NCBI RefSeq assembly: GCF_009791395.1
Contig: NZ_WSZK01000023.1
Location: 22,665 to 86,664 of the forward strand
DNA: 64,000 nt
Source of the DNA: Halomarina oriensis
GTDB taxonomy: Archaea; Halobacteriota; Halobacteria; Halobacteriales; Haloarculaceae
Reading direction: 5' to 3'
Of this stretch, positions 8,509 to 17,365 are shown one piece after another. Under the pieces are notes generated by a model. That model made no database searches, had not been told where the DNA came from, and saw only the letters and a list, made by a program, of their open reading frames with translations. Position 1 is the first letter of the stretch. Each line of letters starts with the position of its first letter. A program made the translations under genes and the position numbers.

Positions 8509-9465
8509 ATGACACGGCCCACCCGTACTCGGGAGCGTGAGCAGGAGTCAGAATCGGAGCAGGAACAAGAGCGGGTGTGTCCGGAGTGTGGGTCGGACCA
8601 CCTGGTCAAGTCGACGGATAGAGGCGAGTTGGTGTGTGACGACTGTGGTCTGGTCGTCGAGGAGGAGAAGATAGACCCGGGTCCGGAGTGGCGAGCGTTC
8701 AACCACCAGGAACGACAGCAGAAGTCCCGTGTGGGTGCCCCCACCACCCAGACGATGCACGACAAGGGGCTGACGACGACCATCGACTGGAAGGACAAGG
8801 ACGCCTACGGGCGCTCTATCTCCTCGAAGAAGCGCAGTCAGATGCACCGCCTGCGCAAGTGGCAAGAGCGCATCCGCACGAAAGACGCCGGCGAACGGAA
8901 CCTCCAGTTCGCGCTCAGCGAGATCGACCGGATGGCCAGCGCACTGGGCGTCCCGCGCTCGGTACGCGAGGTGGCGTCGGTCATCTACCGACGTGCGCTG
9001 AGTGAGGACCTCATCCGTGGCCGCTCCATCGAGGGCGTCGCCACGAGCGCACTCTACGCCGCCTGCCGCAAGGAGGGTATCCCGCGCTCGCTCGAAGAGA
9101 TTTCGGAGGTCTCGCGGGTCGAGCGCAAGGAAATCGGTCGCACCTACCGCTACATCTCTCAGGAACTCTCCCTGGAGATGGAGCCGGTCGACCCCAAGAA
9201 GTACGTCCCGCGGTTCTGCTCGGAACTCGAACTGAGCGAGGAGGTGCAGTCGAAGGCCAACGAGATCATCACGACGACGGCCGAGGAAGGCCTGCTGTCG
9301 GGGAAGTCCCCGACGGGTTACGCCGCCGCGGCCATCTACGCCGCCTCGCTGCTCTGCAACGAGAAGAAGACCCAGCGCGAGGTCGCAGACGTCGCGCAGG
9401 TCACCGAGGTCACCATCCGCAACCGCTATCAAGAACAGATCGAAGCCATGGGCATCCACTCGTAA
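8509..9465 (+). CDS. tfb: Transcription initiation factor IIB (TFB), 318 aa
   Basis: N-terminal Zn ribbon [10 protein letters not shown]...CDDCG, B-finger region and two cyclin-like repeats. Confidence 0.92.
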   Translation: MTRPTRTREREQESESEQEQERVCPECGSDHLVKSTDRGELVCDDCGLVVEEEKIDPGPEWRAFNHQERQQKSRVGAPTTQTMHDKGLTTTIDWKDKDAYGRSISSKKRSQMHRLRKWQERIRTKDAGERNLQFALSEIDRMASALGVPRSVREVASVIYRRALSEDLIRGRSIEGVATSALYAACRKEGIPRSLEEISEVSRVERKEIGRTYRYISQELSLEMEPVDPKKYVPRFCSELELSEEVQSKANEIITTTAEEGLLSGKSPTGYAAAAIYAASLLCNEKKTQREVADVAQVTEVTIRNRYQEQIEAMGIHS

Positions 9466-9490
9466 GGACGCCCCTCACGCCCCCCGAGTC

Positions 9491-9515
9491 GCTTCGTTTT
9501 CGTGGCCGAAACCCT
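9491..9515 (+). terminator. Possible tfb terminator: T-run (CGTTTT) plus short hairpin TTTCG-TGGC-CGAAA
   Basis: Seen 25-50 nt after the tfb stop. Archaeal terminators are oligo-T tracts. The hairpin is weak. Confidence 0.25.
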
Positions 9516-9624
9516 CCCAGCGACGGCGCCCTGCGTGGTTCTGTCCGGCGAGACGTCACACGCCGCGTTCACTTCCACCGCGCTGGCGAGGGGTTCTTAG
9601 GCGACTGGCCCGAGGGACGAACGT

Positions 9625-10896
9625 ATGGATCTGGGCGAGTACTTCCACGAGCTAGAGGAGGACGAGGCGGCCAGGAAGCGCCGTCTGGCCCGCGAGAAGT
9701 CCTACGAGATAACGGAGTACCTCGCCGACGTGGAGCGACAGTTCGACGAGACGATGCAGGGCGACTCGCTGTTCGGGTCGACGGCCCCCTCCATCTTCGT
9801 CGGGCGCTCGTCGTACCCCGACGTCTCGGCGGGCGTGCTCGCACCGGTCGCCGACGCCGACAACGCCGAGGCCTACGAGACCGGTCCCCACTGGTACCGG
9901 TCGGGCTACACCATCTCGGACGTCTTCCAGGCACGGACGAACCTGTTGAACTCCAACCAGCGCACCAACGTCCACGTCGCCGACGAGTGGGACGGGTTCA
10001 CCGGCGTCCAGCGCGAGGTGGCCATCGCCGACCGACCGGTCGACGTGGAGGTCGGTCTGGACGGACCGCTCGACATCGACCTCGACATCGCCATGGAGGA
10101 CATCTCGACGCCGACGGGGCCGCGAGCGACCGCCGAGTCCGCCGAACTCACCGAGAACCCACACGTCCCCCGTGCCGTCGAGAAGACGCTCTCGGACGAC
10201 GACTGGCGCGCGGAGGGCGCGATGAACTACCTCTACAACCGCGGGTTCGACGTCTACGACATCAACACCATCCTCTCGGCGGGGGCGCTCGGACAGACCC
10301 GCCAGCGGAAACTCGTCCCGACGCGGTGGTCCATCACCGCCGTCGACGACACCGTCGGGGACTTCCTGCGCGGGTCGGTTCGGAACGCGCCGAGCGTCGA
10401 CGAGACGAAGGTGTGGTACAACGAGTATCTGGGAAATCGGTTCTGGGTCGTCGTCGCCCCTGGCGACTGGGAGTTCGAGTTGGTCGAACTGAAAGCGCCG
10501 GGGAGCATCTGGAACTGGAAGGACGGAGACTACCTCGTCGCCGCCGACTACGAGAACTACGAGGGCCGCTCGAACTACGTCGAGGAGACGGCGGGTGCGT
10601 ACTACGCCGCGCGTCTCGGTGCGCTCGAACACCTCGCGGACGCGGGTCGGCAGGCGAAGGTGCTGGTGCTCCGCCACGTCACCGAGGATTACTGGGGGCC
10701 GGCGGGTGTCTGGCAGGTCCGCGAGACGGTCCGCAACGCGTTCTCCGAGGGCGACCCCGGCGTCGCCGAGACGTTCCACGACGCGGTGACGCAGTTGGAA
10801 CCGCGCCTCCCGGTGTCGATGGCCCGCCTGCGGCGGAACTCGGAGATGGTCGCCGGCCTCCAGTCGAGTCTCGCTGACTGGGGTGTCGGTGGGTGA
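9625..10896 (+). CDS. nreA: Archaea-specific NreA-like DNA repair protein (DUF650/DUF651 type) with C-terminal PIP-like motif QSSLADW, 423 aa
   Basis: Size and architecture match the archaeal Nre family as I remember it. The C-terminal Q-x-x-L-x-x-W is PCNA-interacting-peptide-like. Family assignment is from memory, not from a search. Confidence 0.5.
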   Translation: MDLGEYFHELEEDEAARKRRLAREKSYEITEYLADVERQFDETMQGDSLFGSTAPSIFVGRSSYPDVSAGVLAPVADADNAEAYETGPHWYRSGYTISDVFQARTNLLNSNQRTNVHVADEWDGFTGVQREVAIADRPVDVEVGLDGPLDIDLDIAMEDISTPTGPRATAESAELTENPHVPRAVEKTLSDDDWRAEGAMNYLYNRGFDVYDINTILSAGALGQTRQRKLVPTRWSITAVDDTVGDFLRGSVRNAPSVDETKVWYNEYLGNRFWVVVAPGDWEFELVELKAPGSIWNWKDGDYLVAADYENYEGRSNYVEETAGAYYAARLGALEHLADAGRQAKVLVLRHVTEDYWGPAGVWQVRETVRNAFSEGDPGVAETFHDAVTQLEPRLPVSMARLRRNSEMVAGLQSSLADWGVGG

Positions 10897-11039
10897 CCCC
10901 GACGACGCTCCAGTCCACGGCCACGCTGTTGCAGGTGTCGGGGACGGACCTGGTGGTCGTCGCACTGCTCGCGTTCGCGTGTTTCGGTCTGCCGGGCATC
11001 GCAGCGATGCTCTACCTGCAGTATCGGTCCGGCGACTGA
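10893..11039 (+). CDS. Candidate 48-aa hydrophobic micro-protein (GTG start overlapping the nreA stop): VTPTTLQSTATLLQVSGTDLVVVALLAFACFGLPGIAAMLYLQYRSGD
   Basis: Own translation. One clear TM helix. GTGA overlap with the upstream stop suggests translational coupling. Confidence 0.25.
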   Translation: MTPTTLQSTATLLQVSGTDLVVVALLAFACFGLPGIAAMLYLQYRSGD

Positions 11040-11083
11040 AGCGTCGAAAGAGCTTTTCGTGTTCGCTTCAGGTATCCGAAACG

Positions 11084-11338
11084 ATGGTCCCCACAGTCCC
11101 GCTGTTCCCCGGCATTCCCGGTGGTATCGAAGTGTTCATCGTCCTGTTGGTCTTCGTCGTGCCGTTGGCGTTGCTCGCACTCGCCGCCGTCGCCGGAATC
11201 GGGTTCTTCCGGAGTCGGTCCTCGAACGACGAGGAGGTCGAACGACTCGAACGTCGCGTCGAGGAACTGGAGCGCGAGCGTGACGACGACGGGACCCGTG
11301 ATGCCGACCGGAGCGGGTGGAACGACGGCCAGAGCTGA
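11084..11338 (+). CDS. Small membrane protein with C-terminal coiled coil (MVPTVPLFPGIPGGIEVFIVLLVFVVPLALLALAAVAGIGFF...EEVERLERRVEELERER), 84 aa
   Basis: Internal Met of listed ORF 10883..11338. A TM helix is followed by a charged heptad segment. Confidence 0.45.
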   Translation: MVPTVPLFPGIPGGIEVFIVLLVFVVPLALLALAAVAGIGFFRSRSSNDEEVERLERRVEELERERDDDGTRDADRSGWNDGQS

Positions 11339-11782
11339 TTACGCCGAGTCCAGGGTGGCGAACGCTTCGTCGACCATCTCGCCGGTGTCGGCACAGAGGG
11401 CGGCCCACTCCCCGGAGTCGGGGGCGATGCCGAGCAGTCGCCCGGCACGCATGATGGAGAGGTGGTACACCTGCTGGACACCCGGTTCCTCCTCCCAGAC
11501 GACGACGTTACACGGCATCAGGCCGCCCAGTTCCATGCTCATGTCGAGCGCCCGGTCGGCCATCGCCGGGTTGCACGCGCCGAGCACGTAGTACGGGTCG
11601 CGGTTCGCGTCGACCTTCTCGTTGAGCAGTTCGGCGGGCGAGAACTCGACGGGAACGCCGAACCCGGCGTCGGCGAACGTCTCCCGGACGTGTTCGACGG
11701 CCGCCTCGTGGTCCATTGTGAGTGTTGCACGTTTCTCACCGATGTCCTCCGCGTCGATGGCGCTGGGGTCGATAGGTAACAC
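11339..11782 (-). CDS. DUF302-domain protein, 147 aa
   Basis: DUF302-like core including YVLGACNP. Confidence 0.7.
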   Translation of the reverse strand: MLPIDPSAIDAEDIGEKRATLTMDHEAAVEHVRETFADAGFGVPVEFSPAELLNEKVDANRDPYYVLGACNPAMADRALDMSMELGGLMPCNVVVWEEEPGVQQVYHLSIMRAGRLLGIAPDSGEWAALCADTGEMVDEAFATLDSA

Positions 11783-11891
11783 ACTCCCGATACGGGGGCA
11801 GAGAGGAAAGTCGTTTGCTCCTCGCGGGTCGCTCGCGCTCGCCCGCTCGGTCGTCCGAGAGCCTCACTCGCAGTCGCTCGTTCGCGTCTCG

Positions 11892-12314
11892 CTACTCCTC
11901 GTCGGACTCGTCCGCTGGCGCGTCCGTGTCGTCGCCGTCGGTGGGCACGTCGTCGGCGTCGGCCGCCCCGTCCGGAGCCTCCTCGTCCGTGTCGTCGGTG
12001 TCGTCTTCGCGCTCGCGGGTCGGAACCGCTCCCGTCCCGACGATCCCCTCGACGGTCGTCCGGAGGGACTCGGCGGTCGGGAAGTACGTCTCGTCGGTCT
12101 CGTCGAGGACCGACTCGATGGTCCGTGGGCCGTCGGGCGTGCGAATCTCGGTGTCGCCCTCGCGTCGAACGACCTCCGAGTGCTCGATACCGAAGTGGAG
12201 GCGCGAACTGATACGCGAGAGCGGTGCGCCGTCGACGGCGGGGCCCTCACCCAGTTCGACGATGGGTCCGTCGTCTTCTTCCGAGGCAGCGGCCTCGCTA
12301 TCGTCGTCAGCCAT
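11892..12314 (-). CDS. Hypothetical highly acidic protein, 140 aa (MADDDSEAAASEEDDGPIVELGEG...)
   Basis: Internal Met of listed ORF 11892..12893, whose upstream part is Arg-rich junk. Asp/Glu/Thr-rich tail. Moderate support only. Confidence 0.4.
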   Translation of the reverse strand: MADDDSEAAASEEDDGPIVELGEGPAVDGAPLSRISSRLHFGIEHSEVVRREGDTEIRTPDGPRTIESVLDETDETYFPTAESLRTTVEGIVGTGAVPTREREDDTDDTDEEAPDGAADADDVPTDGDDTDAPADESDEE

Positions 12315-12386
12315 GCCCGAATCTGGGACAGGGGGCGGGGTATGCCTTTCGTTTGGGCTTTTGTCGGTGCGCCCCGAACGGCTCGT

Positions 12387-12824
12387 ATGAAGGAGTTCGA
12401 GCGGAAGGGGTTGCTCGAACGCGTCGACCGCGAGGGTGCGACGGTCGGGGCGTCGATCCCGGACGAGATCGAGGTGCAGGGCGAGGAGATCGCACTGCGG
12501 GAGTTCGTCTTCGAGATCAAACGCAGGGACACCATCCCGCCGGGCGAACGGGAGCGGGTCGATCGAGCGAAGAAGAACCTCCGGCGCGAACGCCTCCAGC
12601 GTCGTCAACGCCTCGAAGCGGCCGACATCAGCTACGAGGAGGGCGAGGAACTCGTGGGAGCCATCGTCGGCCTCGACCGGGCGCTCTCGGCGCTGGAGAG
12701 CCTCGGCGAGGCGGACGTCGAGCGACAGGCGAAGGCCAGCGACGCCGCCGACCAGAAACGCTGGATGAACTTCCTCCGGCAGGCGCTCGGTCGTGACAGC
12801 AGCAACGCGAGGAACCGCCGATGA
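12387..12824 (+). CDS. Hypothetical conserved basic/coiled-coil protein, 145 aa. First gene of the polX operon.
   Basis: Internal Met MKEFERKGLLERV of listed ORF 11622..12824. Its stop TGA overlaps the polX ATG (ATGA at 12821-12824). Confidence 0.5.
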   Translation: MKEFERKGLLERVDREGATVGASIPDEIEVQGEEIALREFVFEIKRRDTIPPGERERVDRAKKNLRRERLQRRQRLEAADISYEEGEELVGAIVGLDRALSALESLGEADVERQAKASDAADQKRWMNFLRQALGRDSSNARNRR

Positions 12825-14626
12825 GCGAGCGGAACGTCCGCAACGACGAACTCGCAGAGCTGTTCGAGGAGTTCGCCGACCTGCTCGAAGCACGGGACGT
12901 GGAGTACAAACCGCGCGCCTATCGCCTCGCCGCCGAGAACATCCGGGACTACCCGGAGAACGTCGCCGAGATGGCCCGCGAGGGCGGCGCGGAGCGCGTC
13001 GGCGAGATCGACCGCGTGGGCGACGCCATCGCCGCGAAGGTCGTCGAGTACGTCGAGACGGGCGAGATAGCGGAGTTAGAGGAGGCGCGCGCCGAGTTGC
13101 CCGTCGACATGGCCGGTCTGACCAGTGTCGAGGGCGTCGGCCCGAAGTCCGTCGCCAGCCTCTACGACGCGCTGGGTATCGAGGACTTAGACGACCTCGA
13201 AGAAGCCGCCCGCGAGGAGCGGATACGGGAGATCTCGGGGTTCGGTCCGAAGACCGAACAGAACATCCTCGACAACGTCGACTTCGCCCGGCAGACCCAG
13301 CAGCGCCAGTTGCTCGCGGACGCCCGGCCGCTCGCCGAGGACGTCCTCGCGCACGTCGAGACCATCGACGCCGCGAACCGCTGGGAGGTCGCCGGGTCGC
13401 TCCGGCGCTGGCGGGCGACCATCGGCGACGTCGACGTCCTCGTCGCCAGCGCCGACCCCGAAGCCGTCGTCTCGGGGTTCACCGACTGGCCCGACGCCGA
13501 CGACGTCATCGAGGCCGGGACGAACAAGGCGTCGGTCCGGTCGCGGGGCATCCGCGTGGACCTCCGGGTGACCGACCCCGAGGAGTTCGGCGCGGCGCTC
13601 CAGTACTTCACCGGGAGCAAGGCCCACAACATCCGCGTCCGTGACCGCGCCATCGACCGCGACCTGAAGGTCAACGAGTACGGCGTGTTCGACGTGTCGG
13701 GCGTCGAGGACCCCGGCTCCGGTGAGGGAACCGACGGGTCCCGAACGTCGTCGGACGAGTCCGACGGAAGCCAACGCGTCGGCGAGAAAGTCGCCGGCCA
13801 CACCGAAGCGGAGCTGTACGACGCCCTCGACCTCCCTCTGATTCCGCCCGAACTCCGCGAGGACCGCGGCGAGGTGCAGGCGGCCGCCGAGGACGCACTA
13901 CCCGACCTGCTCGAACTCGACCAGATGCGCGGTGACCTGCACTGTCACACGAACTGGTCGGACGGCCGGAACAGCATCGCCGAGATGGTCGCTGGAGCCG
14001 AGGAGCGAGGCTACGACTACGTCGCCATCACCGACCACGCGACGGGACCGGGGATGGTCGGCGGCGTCGGCGTCGAGGACGACGACCTCGAAGCCCAACT
14101 CGCAGAAGTTCGTGAAGTCGACGACGATGCCGACATCCGCGTCTTCGCCGGCGTCGAGGCCAACGTCGACAGCGAGGGCGAAATCTCGGTCCGGGACTCG
14201 CTGCTCGAGGAGTTGGACTGCGTCGTCGCCTCCCCACACGCCGCCCTCGACGGCGACGGCACCGAGCGTCTGATTCGCGCCGCCGAGCACCCGAGCGTGA
14301 ACGTCGTCGGTCACCCCACCGGTCGCCAGTTGAACCAGCGGCCCGGACTGGACGTCGACTTCGGTGAGCTCGCGGCGGCCGCGGCCGACGCCGGCACCGC
14401 CCTCGAAGTCAACGCCAACCCGAACCGTCTCGACCTGCGCGGTGGCGCGGTCAAAGCCGCCATCGACGCGGGGGCGACCATCGCCATCGACACCGACGCA
14501 CACCGCCCCGAGAGCTTCGACCTGCTTCGCTACGGCGTCCACACCGCCCGTCGCGGGTGGGCCGAGCGCGACGACGTGCTCAACGCGTGGTCGCTCGACG
14601 AGGTGGAGTCGTTCCTCGGACTGTAG
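12821..14626 (+). CDS. polX: DNA polymerase X family protein with C-terminal PHP (histidinol-phosphatase-like) 3'-5' exonuclease domain, 601 aa
   Basis: N-terminal Pol-beta-like HhH/palm region (GIGPKS-like VEGVGPKSVASL, GSLRRWRATIGDVDVLV). C-terminal PHP motifs (DLHCHTNWSDG ... ITDHA ... GHPTG). Confidence 0.88.
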   Translation: MSERNVRNDELAELFEEFADLLEARDVEYKPRAYRLAAENIRDYPENVAEMAREGGAERVGEIDRVGDAIAAKVVEYVETGEIAELEEARAELPVDMAGLTSVEGVGPKSVASLYDALGIEDLDDLEEAAREERIREISGFGPKTEQNILDNVDFARQTQQRQLLADARPLAEDVLAHVETIDAANRWEVAGSLRRWRATIGDVDVLVASADPEAVVSGFTDWPDADDVIEAGTNKASVRSRGIRVDLRVTDPEEFGAALQYFTGSKAHNIRVRDRAIDRDLKVNEYGVFDVSGVEDPGSGEGTDGSRTSSDESDGSQRVGEKVAGHTEAELYDALDLPLIPPELREDRGEVQAAAEDALPDLLELDQMRGDLHCHTNWSDGRNSIAEMVAGAEERGYDYVAITDHATGPGMVGGVGVEDDDLEAQLAEVREVDDDADIRVFAGVEANVDSEGEISVRDSLLEELDCVVASPHAALDGDGTERLIRAAEHPSVNVVGHPTGRQLNQRPGLDVDFGELAAAAADAGTALEVNANPNRLDLRGGAVKAAIDAGATIAIDTDAHRPESFDLLRYGVHTARRGWAERDDVLNAWSLDEVESFLGL

Positions 14627-14628
14627 CC

Positions 14629-15081
14629 GTGCGCCTCCTGCTCGACACGATGTGTGGCGGCCTGCGCGCCTCCCTCCGAATGTGCGGCCACGACACCGCC
14701 TACTCGCTGGACCGGGACTGTGAGGCCGGTGGGGAAGTCCTCGAACTCGTGGAGTCCGAGGACCGCACGCTCGTCACGCGGAACGTCCAGTTGGCCGAGC
14801 GTGTCGACGAGTCCATCCTCCTGCGTGAACGCGACGTGGTCGACGAACTCGGGGAACTCCACCGGGCAGGCGTCGACCTGACGCTCGACGAGTCACCGGC
14901 GTTCTGTGGGGCCTGCAACGGCTCGCTCGAACGGGTCGGTCCAGCAGAACCGACCGCCGAGGACGCGCCCGACCCCCGGACCGAGGCCGTCTGGCGCTGT
15001 GCGGACTGTGGCCAACTGTTCTGGAAGGGGAGTCACTGGGAGCGTGTCGCGGAGACGCTCGAAGCGGTTCGAGACGGGTGA
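14629..15081 (+). CDS. Mut7-C RNase-domain protein (PF01927/DUF82) with C-terminal CxxC..CxxC zinc ribbon, about 150 aa
   Basis: N-terminus VRLLLDTMCGGLRASLRMCGHDTAY matches the Mut7-C start consensus (fLvD.MLg.LarwLR.lGyD). C-terminal CGACNG...CADCG. GTG start 2 nt after the polX stop. Confidence 0.6.
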   Translation: MRLLLDTMCGGLRASLRMCGHDTAYSLDRDCEAGGEVLELVESEDRTLVTRNVQLAERVDESILLRERDVVDELGELHRAGVDLTLDESPAFCGACNGSLERVGPAEPTAEDAPDPRTEAVWRCADCGQLFWKGSHWERVAETLEAVRDG

Positions 15082-15099
15082 AAAGACGGGTCGGTCGGC

Positions 15100-15999
15100 T
15101 CAGTTGTTGCGCTGCCACTGCGAGCACGGCTCCATGTCGTCCATCAGTTCCTCGTGGACACCGCAGTACGGCTGGAGGCCCTCACCGGTGCGGACGTACC
15201 GGAAGTGCGCACACGACCCGCAGTAGCGGTCGGTCGCATCCCGCGGGTCGTCCTCGCCGAGCACCGTCGCCGAGTCCGGCACCGGGTCGGGGCTCCCGGT
15301 CGGCGTCGAGACGGTGTCGGTAGCCGTCCCACCGTCCGAGCGGGGACTCGGCGTCGGCGTGGCTCCCGACCCTGCCGTCTGGGTCTCGACCTCACCGTCG
15401 GGGTCGTTGCCGAGCAGGCCGACACCACCCATCCCACCGATGGAGCCGAGACCGCCGAGCGACGAGAGTTCCGACCGGTCGACTTCGACGACCCGTGTCT
15501 CGCCTTCCTGAGTGATTTCGAGTTTCACCGTGCCGCCGGGGTCGTTGCGGGTCTTGAAGTTCGCCACGCCGACGAACAGACACCAGAAGGTGACGACGGT
15601 TCCGAAGAGGTAGACCGCGATGACCGGGAACGCGTAGCTCACATCCGCCAGAATCCAGTTTTCCGGGTAGACGGCACGGAACATGAGGACGCCGACGACG
15701 GCGATGGCAGCACCGGCCGTCGCGGCGGCCTTGACGCGGCGACTCGACGGCAGGACAGCGAGGATGCCGACGAACACCGCCGGGACACCGAGCCCCGCGA
15801 GTGTGATACCGAGTTCGTGTTCGACCGTCCAGTGGAACCCGAACCACGCACCGCCGAGTTCGGTGGTCGCAAACACCATGCCGCTCAGGACGAGCACCAC
15901 GCCGACTGCGAACAGCGAAACGCCGAGGTACAGCCGTCGGAGGTTCGCCCCGCCAGCGCCCCCGTTGTATACCTCCGTGAGGCTGGTCATGGGCGGCAT
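15100..15999 (-). CDS. Polytopic membrane protein with C-terminal cysteine-cluster domain (CGSCAHF...CGVH...C), 300 aa
   Basis: Internal Met MPPMTSL of listed ORF 15100..16356. About four TM helices, then a Gly-rich linker and a Cys4-like soluble domain. Confidence 0.5.
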   Translation of the reverse strand: MPPMTSLTEVYNGGAGGANLRRLYLGVSLFAVGVVLVLSGMVFATTELGGAWFGFHWTVEHELGITLAGLGVPAVFVGILAVLPSSRRVKAAATAGAAIAVVGVLMFRAVYPENWILADVSYAFPVIAVYLFGTVVTFWCLFVGVANFKTRNDPGGTVKLEITQEGETRVVEVDRSELSSLGGLGSIGGMGGVGLLGNDPDGEVETQTAGSGATPTPSPRSDGGTATDTVSTPTGSPDPVPDSATVLGEDDPRDATDRYCGSCAHFRYVRTGEGLQPYCGVHEELMDDMEPCSQWQRNN

Positions 16000-16098
16000 T
16001 GTCACTCGCCACACAAAGCTCTGCGTCAGACGCTCGTCAGACGGTCGAAGTCGCCGTACTCGTCCGAAGGTCGATACGTCCGTTCGACGAGAACGAGT

Positions 16099-16486
16099 CG
16101 TGACTGGTCCCCACGAGCGACTCCGGTACGCGACGACGCGCACGGCGGGCGTCGTCGCAGTGACTGCTGGATACGTCCACTGGCGGGAGATACCGAAACC
16201 GGCGCTCGGCGTCTTCGCGGGGCTGTTCGCCGTCGGCGTCCTGGACGCCATCAAGCGCCTGTTCGACTGGGCGTACGCCCGCCGCGACGACCCGGCCGCG
16301 GGAGTGGAACTCCCGGTTCTCGGCGTCGACTCGGTGTACGGACTCTCCTGTGGCACTCACCTCCTCCTTCCACTGCTCGTCGGTGGGGTTCTCCTCGTCT
16401 TCGGTGGGTTCTGGGTCGTCGCTGTCGACGGCGACGCCGGGACGGAACGTGCTCCCGACGCCGAAGCCGAACCGGCAGTCGAGTGA
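16099..16486 (+). CDS. Possible small membrane protein (two hydrophobic helices), GTG start. Weak.
   Basis: C-terminal part of listed ORF 15683..16486 is hydrophobic and GC3-rich (ALGVFAGLFAVGVLDAI..., HLLLPLLVGGVLLVFGGFWVVAV). The start cannot be fixed. Confidence 0.2.
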
Positions 16487-16489
16487 CGC

Positions 16490-17359
16490 TCAGTGCCACT
16501 CGACGCCGAGGTAGCCCCCGACGACGAACTCCAGGGCGTTGACGAGGTAGTGGGCGACGACGACGGCGAGCAGACTGTTGGTCAGCACGAACACGACCGC
16601 GAGGACGAACCCGAGGACGCCCGTCACGAGCATCCCCATCCGCCCCTGTGCACCGTGCCCGAACGCGAACGCTATCGAGGAGACGACGGCGAGGAGCCAC
16701 GGGGACAGCGCCAGCCCCTCGCCGAACGCGCCGACCAGCGCCGCGCGGAACAGGAGTTCCTCGAAGCCCGCGATGAGCGGGAGCACCGCGAGCAGAAGGA
16801 GTCCCCAGCCACCACGCGAGGCCGGCGTGAGCACGTCGCGCAGTGACTCGTCGTACTCGAAGCCGGCGGCGGCCGCGGCCGCTGCGCCCGCGACGTTGAC
16901 GAGGTAGAGACCGACGCCGACGCCCACACCGACACCGAGCGCCGGCAGGCCCGTCGAGAGCGGGTCCGCGAGGTCGACACCGAGCGCTGGCAGCGGGACG
17001 CTCGCGTAGAACGCACCGAACAGGAGGAACGCGCCGAGCACGCCCTGCGAGAGCGCGACGTTGAGGAGCAACGCGGCCGTCGGGAGGTCGGGGTCGCCGA
17101 GTCCCGCCACCGTCCGCTCGGCGGGTGACGGCGCGTCGGGATAGCGCCCGACTTCGAGGGGTGCGTACTGTGCGTCGCGGTCGACGGCCGCCGTCACGTC
17201 GAGGCCGGGCGTCGACTCGGTGAGCGGGGCCGGACTCGCCGCGTCGGCGTCGGTCTCGTCGGCCCGGTCGGAGCCGACGCTCTGGGAGAGTCGTGCGAGT
17301 GTGAGCAACAAGAACAGGACGACGGTCGTCACCGCGACGAACGCCGTCCACTCGGTCAT
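16490..17359 (-). CDS. CPBP-family intramembrane metalloprotease (CAAX protease / Abi family), 289 aa
   Basis: Motifs EELLFR, FAFGH and HYLVN in TM helices, as in PF02517. Located immediately downstream of lonB. Confidence 0.8.
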   Translation of the reverse strand: MTEWTAFVAVTTVVLFLLLTLARLSQSVGSDRADETDADAASPAPLTESTPGLDVTAAVDRDAQYAPLEVGRYPDAPSPAERTVAGLGDPDLPTAALLLNVALSQGVLGAFLLFGAFYASVPLPALGVDLADPLSTGLPALGVGVGVGVGLYLVNVAGAAAAAAAGFEYDESLRDVLTPASRGGWGLLLLAVLPLIAGFEELLFRAALVGAFGEGLALSPWLLAVVSSIAFAFGHGAQGRMGMLVTGVLGFVLAVVFVLTNSLLAVVVAHYLVNALEFVVGGYLGVEWH

Positions 17360-17365
17360 CGGGTG

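Noticed and set aside
9652-10965. 437-aa minus-strand ORF
   Set aside because: Antisense to the NreA-like gene. Arg/Pro/Gly-rich.
16880-16935. GVGVGVGVG-coding simple repeat (CCGACGCCGACGCCCACACCGACACCGA)
   Set aside because: Lies inside the CPBP protease CDS. A simple codon repeat, not a CRISPR or regulatory array.
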